A DNA stretch of 64,000 nt from Clostridia bacterium (GCA_017560085.1 JAFYPA010000057.1:23821-87820); one strand, 5' to 3'; numbered from the stretch's first letter, positions 28,996-38,428 are shown. Translations and numbers: made by a program. Notes: generated from the letters alone by a model not told the origin.

Positions 28996-29873
28996 ATAAT
29001 TGTAATTATATCGGAGAGATTGCTCTGAATGCTTGAAGCAACCTCGGGCTTGTTCATTGAGTAAACGTGAACGTTGGTTATGTTGTTTGCGTAAAGGTCG
29101 ATAATCTGGTCGGTTGCATATGCAATACCCGCCTGCATCATAGCCTTGGGATTCGTACCGAATTTATCTACAAGAGCCTTGAATCTCTGAGGCATAAACG
29201 AGCCGGAAAGCTTTATCGCTCTGTCAATCTGAGTTGCGTTTGTAATCGGCATAATACCCGGAATTACGGGAACTGTAATGCCCGCCTCTCTTATCTGATA
29301 GAGGAAGTTATAAAGGAGGTTATTGTCGAAGAACATCTGCGTTGTAAGAAAATCACATCCCGCATCAACCTTTTCCTTGAGGTACTTTATATCCTCTTTT
29401 CTGTTGGTGCTTTCGGGATGTATTTCGGGATAACAAGCCGCACCGATGCAGAAATCGTGTTTGCTCTCCCGAAGCTCTCTTATAAGGTCGATTGCGTGGC
29501 TGTAATCCCACTTGCTTCTGTCGTCACAAAGCTTATCGGAGGGTATATCGCCTCTGAGAGCCATTACATTATCTATACCTGCTTTCTTTATGTCGTTTAT
29601 TCTTTCACGCACGGTCTCCTTTGTTGAAGAAACACAGGTGAGATGGGCGAGGGTAGGGACATTGTATTTGCTCTTAACGTCTTTGGCAATGTCAAGAGTA
29701 TACTTACTTGTACCGCCGCCCGCACCATATGTAACACTCATAAACGAAGGACGAAGCTTTGCTATTTCAAATATTGCTTTTTCAACACTGTCAAAAGCAA
29801 GGTCTGTCTTGGGAGGAAAAACCTCAAAGGAAAGTGATAATGTGTCTCTGCTTAATATTTCGGATAATTTCAT
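28992..29873 (-). CDS. metF: 5,10-methylenetetrahydrofolate reductase
   Basis: LSFEVFPPKT..SVTYGAGG...LAHLTC...ALRGD...FLTTQMFFD are hallmark MetF motifs. Confidence 0.93.
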   Translation of the reverse strand: MKLSEILSRDTLSLSFEVFPPKTDLAFDSVEKAIFEIAKLRPSFMSVTYGAGGGTSKYTLDIAKDVKSKYNVPTLAHLTCVSSTKETVRERINDIKKAGIDNVMALRGDIPSDKLCDDRSKWDYSHAIDLIRELRESKHDFCIGAACYPEIHPESTNRKEDIKYLKEKVDAGCDFLTTQMFFDNNLLYNFLYQIREAGITVPVIPGIMPITNATQIDRAIKLSGSFMPQRFKALVDKFGTNPKAMMQAGIAYATDQIIDLYANNITNVHVYSMNKPEVASSIQSNLSDIITII

Positions 29874-29905
29874 TATTTTAACCCTCGTTACATTTTTAAT
29901 AATTT

Positions 29906-29934
29906 ATTATATCACCTTCTTTTCCGTATTTCAA
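29906..29934 (-). promoter_or_regulatory. Sigma-A-type promoter of the metF operon (short leader, no riboswitch seen)
   Basis: On the minus strand: TTGAAA (29934-29929), 17-nt spacer, TATAAT (29911-29906). The leader is about 30 nt. Confidence 0.65.
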
Positions 29935-30021
29935 TACCTATTTGGTAAATTATGCAAATAAAAAAGAATAAGGTCATATATTCTCTTTAATGTTAATAAT
30001 TAAAATAAATGAAAAAAAGAC

Positions 30022-30050
30022 TTGACGAAACGGAAATCTTATGATATAAT
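30022..30050 (+). promoter_or_regulatory. Sigma-A-type promoter of the tRNA-Leu gene
   Basis: TTGACG (30022-30027), 17-nt spacer, TATAAT (30045-30050), 19 nt before the tRNA 5' end. Confidence 0.75.
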
Positions 30051-30069
30051 ATGCAAGTCAATTAAAAAT

Positions 30070-30154
30070 GCGGGTATGGCGGAATTGGCAGACGCGCTAG
30101 ATTCAGGTTCTAGTGGGGCAACTCGTACAGGTTCAAGTCCTGCTACCCGCACCA
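30070..30154 (+). tRNA. tRNA-Leu (anticodon CAG), CCA encoded
   Basis: Acceptor GCGGGTA/TACCCGC. The D-arm is near-identical to classical tRNA-Leu (GGCGGAATTGGCAGACGCGC). Anticodon arm CTAGA-TTCAGGT-TCTAG. Long variable arm. T-loop TTCAAGT, with one A:C mismatch at the top of the T stem. 3' ACCA. Confidence 0.9.
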
Positions 30155-30247
30155 TATTGAATTATAATGGCACACATCGAAACAACGAATCGTATTAATT
30201 CAGATTTTTAGTTGCGGTGGTGTGCCTAAAATCTTTAGAGGGATATT

Positions 30248-31069
30248 ATGCGTGAAAAAATCAAGAGTTTTGTTGAAAAGCCTTATTTTACCGGTCTGAT
30301 TTTTGTTCTTATTGCTCTTAATACTTTATCGTTGGGTGTTGAGACATTTACCTTATCCGATACGGCTTCAAGAGTGCTTAGTGCTTTTAATACCGTTTGT
30401 ATTGTAATATTCGTTATTGAAATTTTACTTAAGCTTTATGCTTATGGCGCTGCTTTCTTCAAAGATGCATGGAATATATTCGATGTATTCATAGTGCTGA
30501 TTTCCATAATGCCTATGATCAAATTCCTTTCTTCAATGAGAGCATTCAGAATTTTCCGTTTGTTCCGTGCACTCAGAGCATTACGAATGATGAAGCGTCT
30601 TGAAAAATTGCGTGTTATTGTTCAGGCTCTGCTCGGAGCGCTGCCCAGTGTCGGTTGGGTTGTTGTACTTTTACTTATTATCTATTATGTTTTTGCCGTA
30701 ATCGGTACGAATCTGTTTTCCACTCTTTCTCCCGAATATTTCGGAACACTCTGGAGAACTCTTTATACCTTGTTCCAGGTGACTATGGCAGACGATCTCG
30801 GTAATATTTCAAGACCTCTTTTAGCTTCGGGATTCGGTGCTGTTATGTATTTTGTTTCATTCGTTGCTCTTTCCTCCATCCTTGTACTTAATGTTATTGT
30901 CGGTGTCGTTGTTGACTCTATGGATGAAATTAAAAACGTTGACAGAAATAAAACTAACGCATCTTCTGATAATTCCGAAATCAAGGACTCTGATTTGTTA
31001 ACCGAACTCGAAAATTTAGAAAAACAGATAGACCGTATAAAAAATATGATTTCTGAAGAGAAAAAGTAA
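30248..31069 (+). CDS. Voltage-gated ion channel, BacNaV/NaChBac family homologue (6TM, single domain)
   Basis: 273 aa. S4 with basic residues every third position (FRIFRLFRALRALRMMKR). Pore helix and filter region LYTLFQVTMADDLGNISRP. C-terminal coiled coil LLTELENLEKQIDRIKNMI. Confidence 0.8.
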   Translation: MREKIKSFVEKPYFTGLIFVLIALNTLSLGVETFTLSDTASRVLSAFNTVCIVIFVIEILLKLYAYGAAFFKDAWNIFDVFIVLISIMPMIKFLSSMRAFRIFRLFRALRALRMMKRLEKLRVIVQALLGALPSVGWVVVLLLIIYYVFAVIGTNLFSTLSPEYFGTLWRTLYTLFQVTMADDLGNISRPLLASGFGAVMYFVSFVALSSILVLNVIVGVVVDSMDEIKNVDRNKTNASSDNSEIKDSDLLTELENLEKQIDRIKNMISEEKK

Positions 31070-31083
31070 TTTTATAAAATGTT

Positions 31084-31122
31084 AACCGCTTTGGTATGTT
31101 GTTACCAAAGCGGTTGTTTTTT
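31084..31122. terminator. Strong hairpin terminator between the channel gene and the convergent HAD gene
   Basis: A 13-bp stem, AACCGCTTTGGTA / TACCAAAGCGGTT, then GTTTTTT on the plus strand. Confidence 0.85.
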
Positions 31123-31151
31123 AGTCTTAAATATTTATAAGGGAATACCTA

Positions 31152-31790
31152 TTATATCAATTCATCGAATTTTCTTATATATTTATTCGTAATGCGAACC
31201 ATATCGTCGATATAATCCTCTGATGATTTATCGTAAACTCCGTATACAGTCATCCCTGATTTTTTAGCTGTTTCGCAGGCGTTAAAATTATCATCAAGGA
31301 AAATACATTTGTCTACCGTAGTACCAAGCTTTTCGGCACATCTGTGGTAAATTTCAACCTCAGCCTTTGTAAGTCCGAAGTCCTCCGATGACCATACGAA
31401 ATCAAATAAATCGTAAAGTCCGAGTCGCTTGAGGCACGGGTCAAGAGTTACATGAGGGGAGGCTGTCAGCACGCTCAATGAATGTCCCTGCTTCTTAAGC
31501 TCCTTCAATGTCTCTGTAACGCCCTCCTTTTCGGGGATGGTGTACAGATAGTCATCTATCATAAGATTCTTGAAGTCCTCGCAGATTTCTTCAACTGTCG
31601 CCGTACAGCCAAGTGCCTCGATGAAGTGCTTTGCCGCACCCTTGTAGCCGAGCGGGGTAACCGTCTTGAGAGTGTCATCGGGGTGTGCTATTTTGTTGAT
31701 TTCAAGATATTTCAGAACAGCTCCACCGTATGAGGGCATTGAATCTATGAGCGTTCCGTCCATATCGAAAATATAATATTTCTTTTCCAT
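31152..31790 (-). CDS. HAD superfamily hydrolase (subfamily IA, beta-phosphoglucomutase/phosphatase-like)
   Basis: Motif I FDMDGTLIDS, motif II LSVLTASP, motif III/IV K....FLDDN. Confidence 0.85.
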   Translation of the reverse strand: MEKKYYIFDMDGTLIDSMPSYGGAVLKYLEINKIAHPDDTLKTVTPLGYKGAAKHFIEALGCTATVEEICEDFKNLMIDDYLYTIPEKEGVTETLKELKKQGHSLSVLTASPHVTLDPCLKRLGLYDLFDFVWSSEDFGLTKAEVEIYHRCAEKLGTTVDKCIFLDDNFNACETAKKSGMTVYGVYDKSSEDYIDDMVRITNKYIRKFDELI

Positions 31791-31822
31791 TTTTATTTCC
31801 TTTTATAAAGTGTTTAACCGTA

Positions 31823-33724
31823 TCAGAGCATTCCGTAAAGCTTGGCACTACCCGAAATAAAGTCACGGAGCTCCTGCGCGGAAAGTGGACGCTGTGCAAG
31901 AAGTGCAAGGCTGTATACCTGCTTTACAATCGCTTCGTTGATGTCCTTTCTTGATTCGTCGCCAAAGCTTGCAGAAAGCTTTTCTATAAGAGGATTTGCC
32001 ATATTGAGCACCAGTGTTTCCTCAACGGGCATACCCATTCCTTCACCGCCCGAGTACATCTTCATCATTTCGGAGAATCTTCTTGACTGCTCTGTAAGAT
32101 TGAGCATTGCGGGAACCTCGGTATCCTTGAGTCTTTCCGCTGTTATCTTGAATTCCTCCGAAAGACCGAGTGTTTTCTTGAAGTATTCGCAAAGCTCTGT
32201 GTTTTCGGTGGTTTCACCGTCAGCCCTGAGTGCCTTGGAGATGCCTGCGTCAACACGGGAGAACTTTACGTCCTTGAGTGCTTCATCGGAAATAAACTTG
32301 CTTTCAAGGAAGGATATAAACTGTGTATCAATCGCAGAATCGAAGGATACAACCTGAATGCTTTCATTCCTGAACATTGAAATATATCTTGACTGCTGAA
32401 GAGCATCGTCTGTGTAGTATATTTCATTGTCGAAGCCTTCAGCCTCGGTGCATTCCTTTACGGTGACGAATTTGTCATCCGTTGTCTTAAAGAGAATAAT
32501 ATCCTTTACTCTGTCATAGAACTTGGCATCCTTCATACAGCCATACTCAACGAAGGGCTTGATGTCGTGCCACATATTCTCATACTTTTCTCTTTCGAGG
32601 TTAAAGAGCGAATTGAGTTTGTCGCAGATTTTCTTTACAATATGTGCGGAAATCTTGTTGACATATCCGTTGGACTGAAGATAGCTTCTTGATACGTTAA
32701 GAGGAAGCTCGGGACAGTCAAGCACGCCCTTCATTATCATAAGATAGTCGGGAATAACCTCCTTTATGTTGTCCGCAACGAATACCTGATTGTAGTAAAG
32801 CTTTACTTGACCCTCAATTGCACCGAACTCGGGGTTGATTCTCGGGAAGTAGAGTATACCCTTGAAGTTAAGAGGATAATCCGCATTGATGTGAACATAG
32901 AAGAGAGGCTCCTTGTAGTCATTGAATACCTTCTTGTAGAATTCGATGTATTCCTCCTCTGTGCATTCGGAGGGCTTCTTCTGCCAGAGGGGAGTGGTGT
33001 CGTTTATGGGAAGGACGGGCTTTTCTTCCTTGTTCTCCTCGGATTTTTCTTCCGCTTCCTTCTTTGCCTTTTCTTCTTCGGCAACATCCGTAAAGTAAAT
33101 TTCAACGGGCATAAACGCACAGAACTTGTCGAGGATTGACTTTATTCTTGTGCCGTCTAAAAATTCCTTTTCGTCATCGTTGATGTAGAGGATAACGTCA
33201 GTGCCCTGAATTTCACGGTCGTCCGTGTCCTCCATGGTGTACTCACAGCTGTCGCTTCCTATCCATTTTGTGGTAGCACCGCCCGCGTGGGATTTTGATA
33301 TAAGCTCAACCTTATCCGCAATCATAAACGCAGAGTAGAAGCCGAGACCGAAGTGTCCGATAATACCGTTGCCGTCGTCCTCGCCCTTGCCTTCGTATTT
33401 TTCAATAAAGTCGAGAGCACCGGAAAGTGCAATCTGATTGATGTATCTGTCGATTTCATCCGCGCTCATACCTATACCGTTGTCGGATACCGTGAGAGTG
33501 CCGAGCTCTGTGTCGAGTGTAACATCAATTCTGTAGGGGACACTTATTTCGCTTGCTTCACCGAGTGAAACAAGTCTCTTGTGCTTTGTAACCGCATCGC
33601 AGGCATTGGAAACAAGCTCTCTTACGAAGATTTCCTTGTCGCTGTAAAGCCACTTCTTGATTACGGGGAATATATTCTGTGTTTCTACGGATATGTTACC
33701 GCTTCTTTTTAACGTTTCTGCCAT
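31823..33724 (-). CDS. htpG: Molecular chaperone HtpG (Hsp90)
   Basis: FVRELVSNACDA, TVSDNGIGM and IGHFGLGFYSAFM are Bergerat ATPase motifs, in a protein of Hsp90 length. The ATG at 33724 (MAETLK..) is preferred to the ORF-track start at 33775. Confidence 0.93.
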   Translation of the reverse strand: MAETLKRSGNISVETQNIFPVIKKWLYSDKEIFVRELVSNACDAVTKHKRLVSLGEASEISVPYRIDVTLDTELGTLTVSDNGIGMSADEIDRYINQIALSGALDFIEKYEGKGEDDGNGIIGHFGLGFYSAFMIADKVELISKSHAGGATTKWIGSDSCEYTMEDTDDREIQGTDVILYINDDEKEFLDGTRIKSILDKFCAFMPVEIYFTDVAEEEKAKKEAEEKSEENKEEKPVLPINDTTPLWQKKPSECTEEEYIEFYKKVFNDYKEPLFYVHINADYPLNFKGILYFPRINPEFGAIEGQVKLYYNQVFVADNIKEVIPDYLMIMKGVLDCPELPLNVSRSYLQSNGYVNKISAHIVKKICDKLNSLFNLEREKYENMWHDIKPFVEYGCMKDAKFYDRVKDIILFKTTDDKFVTVKECTEAEGFDNEIYYTDDALQQSRYISMFRNESIQVVSFDSAIDTQFISFLESKFISDEALKDVKFSRVDAGISKALRADGETTENTELCEYFKKTLGLSEEFKITAERLKDTEVPAMLNLTEQSRRFSEMMKMYSGGEGMGMPVEETLVLNMANPLIEKLSASFGDESRKDINEAIVKQVYSLALLAQRPLSAQELRDFISGSAKLYGML

Positions 33725-33967
33725 TTTACATAGTCCTTTCTGGGAAAATATTTTTGATATACAGTATGTTAACATATATTGTGTGCTTTATAATTATCGT
33801 TCTGTTAAATAAATGAAAACTCAAATTGCATAAAATTGAAGAATATTACCAAATATGTACACAAATTAACAAAATATAGTATTTTACGAAACATCATTAT
33901 TGTACAATAACAATGTATATGAGCAAAAATCTATACATGAGAATATTATTTTTGGAGGTAAATAAAA

Positions 33968-35146
33968 ATGGCAGATTCTATTCTCGACAGATTCGACCAA
34001 AATATGGCCGAAGACAAGAAAATCGACACTACAAGAAAGATCAGAGTTGGTATCATCGGTACAGGCTGGATCGCTGAAGCTCACATCAGAAGCTATCAGA
34101 AGCAGCCCGACGTTGAAGTTGTAGCTCTCTCCGACCTCGTTCCCGGTAAGGCTGAAATCTTCAAGGAAAAGTTCGGCGTTGAAGGTGCAAAGTGCTACGG
34201 CGCTCACACAGAAATGCTTGCTGATCAGGCTAACCTTAAGCTTGACGCTGTTTCTGTATGTACATACAACAGAACACATGCTGTTTGTACAATCGACTCC
34301 CTCAAGGCAGGTATTCCCGTTCTTCTCGAAAAGCCTATGTGCGTAACTCTCGACGAAGCAGTTGCTATCTGCAAGGCTGAAAAGGAAACAGGCAAGATCG
34401 TATCCGTTGGCTTCCAGCCCAGATTCGACGTTAATATGCAGATGATCAAGAAGATCGTTGACAGCGGCGAGCTCGGTCAGATCTACTACATCCAGACAGG
34501 TGGCGGCCGTCGTCACGGTATCCCCACACCTTACGGAACATCCTTCATCGAAGACAAGACAGCAGGTCTCGGCGCTCTCGCTGATATCGGATGCTACTCT
34601 CTCGATATGGTACTTAACGCTATCGGTTATCCGAAGCCTCTTACAGTTTCCGGTTACAAGTCTGACTTCTTCGGCAAGATGCCCATCACTTACACAAGAA
34701 ACGGACATCCCGCAGAATACGCTGACCTCTTCGGTGTTGATGACTTCGCAGCAGGCTTCATCAGACTCGAAGGCGGCATCATCCTCGACTTCAGAATTGC
34801 ATGGGATATGCACCTTGACACTCCCGGTGACACAATCATCATGGGTACAAAGGGCTCTCTCAGAATTCCCTCCACAGACTGCTGGAACGGCTCTGTTGGT
34901 GGCGCTATGAAGATTTACCACGATATCTGCGGCAAGCCCACAGAAACTATCGTTCCGATTCTTCAGAACAAGCCCAACACATCTCTCTTCGATATCAAGA
35001 TCAGAAGCTTCCTCGACGCAGCTATGAACAATGGCGCAGCTCCTGTTCCCACATCCCAGATTCTCTACAACCAGGCAATCCTTTCCGGTATTGCTACATC
35101 TTGGGAAAAGGGCGAAGAAATCAAGATCGAAATTCCCGAAATCTAA
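33968..35146 (+). CDS. Gfo/Idh/MocA family NAD(P)-dependent oxidoreductase
   Basis: RVGIIGTGWIAEAH Rossmann start and the LLEKPM motif. GGAGG RBS, own terminator, strongly biased codon usage. Confidence 0.85.
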   Translation: MADSILDRFDQNMAEDKKIDTTRKIRVGIIGTGWIAEAHIRSYQKQPDVEVVALSDLVPGKAEIFKEKFGVEGAKCYGAHTEMLADQANLKLDAVSVCTYNRTHAVCTIDSLKAGIPVLLEKPMCVTLDEAVAICKAEKETGKIVSVGFQPRFDVNMQMIKKIVDSGELGQIYYIQTGGGRRHGIPTPYGTSFIEDKTAGLGALADIGCYSLDMVLNAIGYPKPLTVSGYKSDFFGKMPITYTRNGHPAEYADLFGVDDFAAGFIRLEGGIILDFRIAWDMHLDTPGDTIIMGTKGSLRIPSTDCWNGSVGGAMKIYHDICGKPTETIVPILQNKPNTSLFDIKIRSFLDAAMNNGAAPVPTSQILYNQAILSGIATSWEKGEEIKIEIPEI

Positions 35147-35168
35147 TTTTTTCGTGTATAAAATTAAG

Positions 35169-35196
35169 TCGGTGTCCTTTTGGGCACCGATTTTTT
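35169..35196 (+). terminator. Intrinsic terminator of the Gfo/Idh/MocA gene
   Basis: TCGGTGTCC, loop TTTT, GGGCACCGA, then TTTTTT. Confidence 0.85.
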
Positions 35197-35253
35197 ATTT
35201 ATGTCATATCAAATAAAGTACCCGGAATTATAAAAAATTAAATCAATAATCTA

Positions 35254-35282
35254 TTTACTTTTTCTGTTTTGTGTGTTATAAT
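35254..35282 (+). promoter_or_regulatory. Promoter of the glycoside hydrolase/SGNH pair
   Basis: TTTACT (35254-35259), 17-nt spacer, TATAAT (35277-35282). Confidence 0.55.
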
Positions 35283-35308
35283 CTGTAAAAAAGCCTCGGG
35301 AGTGAATT

Positions 35309-37708
35309 ATGCGTTATTCATATAGAGAACACAAGGAAACCGATTCCTTTTTTGATATAGAAAAATTCAAAAATACCGAGACAAGGTTTTATCCCGTTAT
35401 GTGCTGGTCGTGGAACAGACCCGTCGAAAGGGACGAGATTGCACGACAGCTTGACAGCTTTTACGATAACAATATAAGAAGAGTATATATTCTTCCGATG
35501 CCCCGTGCCTTCAGACCTTCAAATCTGAACAATCTCGACCCCGATTATCTTACCGATGAATTTTTCGAGATAATCCGCTTTGCATATAAATACGCCGAGA
35601 AAAAGGGAATGCAGGTGTGGATTTACGACGAGGGCGGCTGGCCTTCGGGTAGTGCCTGCGGAAAGGTGGTTGCGGAAAAGCCTCATCTTGCAAGTAAGAA
35701 TCTTGCCGTGAGAAGTGCTTCTTCGCCCTATACTCCATCTGTCGATGCTGTTGCGGCTTTCTGTGGCGGAAAGAGAATATACGAGGGATTTTCATCCGAC
35801 TCCGAAATCACCGAATATTACATGAAAAGGCGTGACGGAGATTATCCCAACCTTGCCGAGGCGGAAACGACGGATACATTTATAAAGCTTACCCACGAAA
35901 GATATAAGCAATACACATCCGACCTTTTCGGAAGCACGGTTTATGCTGTGTTCACCGATGAGCCAACCACAGAGGCTACGGGTTGGTGCGATGGCTTCGA
36001 AAAGCGTTTTTATGAAAGATACGGCTATGACCTTCTTGATTTTCTTCCGTACATATACGAGGACGACAAGAACGATGTCGACGAAAAGGGGCAGGCTGTC
36101 AGAATTGATTATTTCAATCTGCTTGCCGAGGTGTTTGCGGAAAATTATTTTCTTAAAATCCGCGACTGGTGCAGAGAGAACAACCTTGTATCCACGGGAC
36201 ATCTTGACAAGGACAACGCAACATACGACCCGAATCAGAAGTATTACAGCTCGCTCCGTCAGCTAAGAAGCTTTGATATGCCCGGAATTGATGTAATCTG
36301 GCGTCAGCTTTTCCCGGGAAGGGATAATCATTTTTATCCCCGCTTTTCGAGTTCTGCTGCAAATCAGACGGGAAATCCATTTGTTATGTCGGAAACCTTT
36401 TCCATATACGGTGCGGGAGTTTCCTTTGACACAATGAGGCATATGATGCTGTATCAGATGTCGCGAGGCATCAACACCATAAACCTTATGTCCCTAACAT
36501 ATAATTACGACGGACTCAACAGAAAGAATGCCCGTCCCGGTTTTATGCCTCTTATGCCCACCTGGAAGCCTCTCGGAGATTTCTGCAAGTACACCGCAAG
36601 AGCCTCTTATCTTACAAGCCTCGGTGTTTCGGGAAACAGGCACGCAGTATTTATGCCTCTGTTCGATTTCTGGGCAGGGGGAAGGAGAAAGCAGGAGGCT
36701 ATTGAAAGCTTCGACAAAGCCGTTTATAAGGCTGAAGAGCTTCATATTCCCGTTGATATTATTGACCTTGACTTCCTTGAAACAGCGGAAATAAGAGACG
36801 GTATGCTCTGTACGGGTACAGCAAAGTACTCTGCCGTAATTATTCCCGAAAATGTAACCGTCGATGAAAATTCACGCAAAAAGCTTGATGAATTTGTATG
36901 TCTCGGCGGTAAGATTATTATGTCCGATGACCTTGACGACTCCGAAAGTGTTGTCGATATTTCCTGCGACGGTATCTCAGTGTTCAGGCGTATACTTGAT
37001 GACGGTGTTCTGTATCTTATAAATAACGAGTCAACCGAGGAAAAGTCGTTCAGCTTCACATTCGGGGAAAAGGGCAACATCTATGAGCTTGACGCACTCG
37101 GAGCGGAGATTTATGCTGTAGACAGCAATTCCGTGACATTTGCACCGGGCGAAGGCACATTTTATTTTATAACTGACAGAGCATTACCCGCAAATACTAA
37201 AAAGAAACCCAAGGGCAACTGCATTACGGTTGACCAATTTGAGGTCAAGCAGAACTGGAAGTTCGTAATAGGCGAGGAGCGCTTTGAAAAATACACCCTG
37301 ACCGATGACTACATAAAGACAAAGCCATGCGATTGGTGCGAGCTTTATGGCAAGGATTTTTCGGGCGAATGTACATATAAGTTTAACTTCGCATTGAAGG
37401 AAATTCCCGATTTTATTGAGGTTGATTTAGGCAATGTGAATTACGCCTGCGATGCTTATATAAATGATACACTTGTCTCGGAAATGTGCTTTGGACCCTT
37501 CAGATTTAAGGTTGACAGAAAGCATCTTAAGGCAGAGAACGAAATGCGAATCATTGTATCAAACACAACGGCAAATCAGGTCTGCGCTACAAAATCCTTT
37601 GATGAGATTCCCGTTCATATTATGGGGCCTTATCACAACATTGTTAAAGAATTCGAGCACGAAAGCATCCCGAGCGGACTTTTGTCTCTAATTAAAATTT
37701 ATTATTGA
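35309..37708 (+). CDS. Putative intracellular glycoside hydrolase with a C-terminal galactose-binding-like jelly roll (GH106-like, alpha-L-rhamnosidase-like?)
   Basis: 799 aa, no signal peptide. The C-terminus (FSGECTYKFNF...VDLGNVNYACDAYINDTLV...GPFRFKVDRKHLKAENEMRIIVSNT) looks like the sugar-binding jelly roll of GH2/GH106-type enzymes. The context includes GH28 and SGNH esterase genes. The family call is uncertain. Confidence 0.45.
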   Translation: MRYSYREHKETDSFFDIEKFKNTETRFYPVMCWSWNRPVERDEIARQLDSFYDNNIRRVYILPMPRAFRPSNLNNLDPDYLTDEFFEIIRFAYKYAEKKGMQVWIYDEGGWPSGSACGKVVAEKPHLASKNLAVRSASSPYTPSVDAVAAFCGGKRIYEGFSSDSEITEYYMKRRDGDYPNLAEAETTDTFIKLTHERYKQYTSDLFGSTVYAVFTDEPTTEATGWCDGFEKRFYERYGYDLLDFLPYIYEDDKNDVDEKGQAVRIDYFNLLAEVFAENYFLKIRDWCRENNLVSTGHLDKDNATYDPNQKYYSSLRQLRSFDMPGIDVIWRQLFPGRDNHFYPRFSSSAANQTGNPFVMSETFSIYGAGVSFDTMRHMMLYQMSRGINTINLMSLTYNYDGLNRKNARPGFMPLMPTWKPLGDFCKYTARASYLTSLGVSGNRHAVFMPLFDFWAGGRRKQEAIESFDKAVYKAEELHIPVDIIDLDFLETAEIRDGMLCTGTAKYSAVIIPENVTVDENSRKKLDEFVCLGGKIIMSDDLDDSESVVDISCDGISVFRRILDDGVLYLINNESTEEKSFSFTFGEKGNIYELDALGAEIYAVDSNSVTFAPGEGTFYFITDRALPANTKKKPKGNCITVDQFEVKQNWKFVIGEERFEKYTLTDDYIKTKPCDWCELYGKDFSGECTYKFNFALKEIPDFIEVDLGNVNYACDAYINDTLVSEMCFGPFRFKVDRKHLKAENEMRIIVSNTTANQVCATKSFDEIPVHIMGPYHNIVKEFEHESIPSGLLSLIKIYY

Positions 37709-37725
37709 AATGAGAGGTAATCACA

Positions 37726-38343
37726 ATGAAAATCTTATTCCAGGGTGACTCCATCACCGATTGCGGCAGAAGCAGAGAAAACGACAGCTATCTCGGTCAC
37801 GGCTATCCGAGATTTGTTCAGGGCAAGCTTATGGTTGCAGAGCCGGGACAGAATACTTATGTAAATACAGGTATTTCCGGTAACAGAATTGTTGATGTTT
37901 ATGCAAGAATCAAGGCGGATATTATAAACCTCAAGCCTGATGTTATGAGTATTCTCATCGGCATAAACGATGTATGGCACGAGGTTTCAAGACAGAACGG
38001 CGTTGATGCACCCAAGTTCGAAAAGATTTACTGTATGCTTATCGAGGAGGTTCTTGAGGCGCTTCCCGATATTAAGATTATGATTCTTGAGCCTTTTGTT
38101 CTCAAGGGATGTGCGACAATCGAAAGCTGGGATTTCTTTGCTTCCGAAACAAAGCTTCGTGCCGAGGCTGCAAGGAGAGTTGCCGAGAAGTACAATCTTA
38201 CATTTATTCCTCTTCAGGAGATGTTTGACAGTATGCCCGACTGTGTACGCCCCGATTACTGGGCAGGTGACGGTGTTCATCCCACAGCGGCAGGTCACGA
38301 GCTTATTTCAAATGAGTGGATAAAGGCTTATAAGGCACTTTGA
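37726..38343 (+). CDS. SGNH/GDSL hydrolase family esterase (carbohydrate acetylesterase-like)
   Basis: Block I FQGDSIT, block II GISGN, block III GINDV, block V DGVHPT. Confidence 0.85.
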   Translation: MKILFQGDSITDCGRSRENDSYLGHGYPRFVQGKLMVAEPGQNTYVNTGISGNRIVDVYARIKADIINLKPDVMSILIGINDVWHEVSRQNGVDAPKFEKIYCMLIEEVLEALPDIKIMILEPFVLKGCATIESWDFFASETKLRAEAARRVAEKYNLTFIPLQEMFDSMPDCVRPDYWAGDGVHPTAAGHELISNEWIKAYKAL

Positions 38344-38350
38344 TTCTTTT

Positions 38351-38386
38351 GCGTGTATGGGATTTTTGTCCTATGCACGCTTTTTG
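38351..38386 (+). terminator. Intrinsic terminator after the SGNH esterase gene
   Basis: GCGTGTATGGGA...TCCTATGCACGC (with G-U pairs), then TTTTTG. Confidence 0.7.
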
Positions 38387-38428
38387 TTTTGCGGCATAAA
38401 ATTATTTATACAAATTAACAATTAAGTC

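Noticed and set aside
29874-30069. A search for an S-box (SAM), T-box or cobalamin riboswitch ahead of metF/metH.
   Set aside because: The promoter leaves only about 30 nt of leader, and none of the conserved riboswitch strings I know are present. The rest of the gap is occupied by the divergent tRNA promoter.
30155-30247. A long-range pairing, GGCACAC...GTGTGCC, between the tRNA and the channel gene, considered as a possible ncRNA or riboswitch.
   Set aside because: It has only a 7-bp closing stem around an unstructured loop of about 40 nt, no T-run and no known motif. It is more likely a weak tRNA 3' processing or termination region.
33884-34921. A 345-aa minus-strand ORF overlapping the Gfo/Idh/MocA gene.
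   Set aside because: It is antisense to a gene with clear Rossmann and family motifs, a GGAGG RBS and a terminator, and has no features of its own.
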